Below, piece by piece: positions 62,984 through 64,000 of a stretch of 64,000 nucleotides of DNA. Within the stretch, counting starts at the first letter, position 1. Each line of letters starts with the position of its first letter. Source of the stretch: Balanoglossus misakiensis (taxonomy: Eukaryota > Animalia > Hemichordata); NCBI GenBank assembly GCA_040954595.2, contig CM082586.2, forward strand, positions 11,439,337-11,503,336, read 5' to 3'. A program made the translations under genes and the position numbers. The notes under the pieces were generated by a model. That model saw only the letters and a program-made list of their open reading frames with translations, was not told the origin of the DNA and did not search any database.

Positions 62984-64000
62984 TCTGCATTTTTGGAGTG
63001 GTCGAAAGTTTTAACATACAATCAACATGTCATATATGATCAGGGCACCAAATTCGAAGAACAAAGATTTTTTTAGTTTTTTTTTTCTAAAAATGACATT
63101 TTCAAGGAAAATTTGGTAAAACGCAATTTTGTCTGCAGTGAGGCAAATTAGACGGTCTTTTGTGGAATTTGTATCGATATATATATACGAAGAGCATTCT
63201 ATACTCCATCAGATTTCCGAAAATGTAGAAAACAGGTATTTTTTGTAATTTTCAAAAATTTACAATTTCGACCAAATTGTTATTTTCGTGTTGAATGCCG
63301 CCAGTGTCACTGCTTTTAAAAGTCATAAAAACTTTTAATATGCAAGCAATTGCTTATATATGATCAGGTCACCGAATTAAAAAATAAAGAATGTTTTGAC
63401 TAAAAATCAGCTCATTGAGAGTGCATTTTTTATAATCAGCACCATTTTTACATATAATGGAAATTTTCTACATCATCAGATATCCAAATATGAAAAAATG
63501 AATTAGATTTTAGATGATTGTCCAAAATTAGCTGATATCTAATAAATGTAGTATTGAACCGTTCCGTTCCCCCCCCTTACATTATATGCGTTACGCCGAT
63601 GTCAGCTTACCCGGCAGTACTGCAGGCCGTGCCCCCAACTAACGTCGGTGTTTGAAACGTCCTGGTTAAATTCGGGCTTCCTCTATAAATTGACAGGCAA
63701 TAATGCAGTCCTACCCGAACAAATGTCGAGTGTTGACCCGCTGTGACTTTCCCTCTTCGGTTTGCCCGACATAGCCAACGTCTTTGTACTAGAGTGTCGG
63801 GTCTTTTGCAGAGCCAGGCCGAAGGAAATCCGACTTGATCACCGTTGCTAACGAACGCTAGTGTCTGTCATGGTGTGCCGGGGTTTTAGTCGAGCCAGGC
63901 CGTAGGAGATCTGACTTGATCATCGCGGTCAATGTACGCGTGTTTCCGCTCTAAAGTGCCGGGGCTTCAGCTAAACCAGGCCGTAGGAAATCCGACGTAA
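62984..64000. repeat. Composite macrosatellite, segment 5
   Basis: Resumes in register after the TCT TSD and runs to the window end. Confidence 0.97.

Overview
Eukaryotic (animal, probably marine invertebrate) heterochromatin-like window with no ordinary host gene. The backbone is a ~1.6-2.05 kb tandem macrosatellite. Each unit has a block of alternating 81-bp GC-rich monomers and an AT-rich block of diverged ~335-bp subrepeats. Four independent insertions interrupt it: (1) a defective BEL/Pao LTR retrotransposon lacking its 3' LTR (5556-12555); (2) a 1.4-kb non-autonomous foldback/MITE with a 3-bp TSD (19361-20796); (3) a 5'-truncated CR1/L2-group LINE on the minus strand (28077-33241), itself interrupted by a Helentron-type non-autonomous element; (4) a 28.6-kb element with ~1.2-kb TIRs, TAG...CTA ends and a TCT TSD (34365-62983, Academ-like ends). 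Element 4 encloses a decayed L1/Tx1 ORF2. That ORF2 is split by a 22.7-kb stack of Helentron-type elements, and one of those contains a 9.5-kb Kolobok DNA transposon (TTAA TSD). The Kolobok carries two convergent spliced genes: a frameshifted DDE transposase and an apparently intact KolX / P2X7-ballast-like Cys-rich protein with an RG-repeat N-terminus. All calls come from manual reading of motifs and junctions; no database searches were run.
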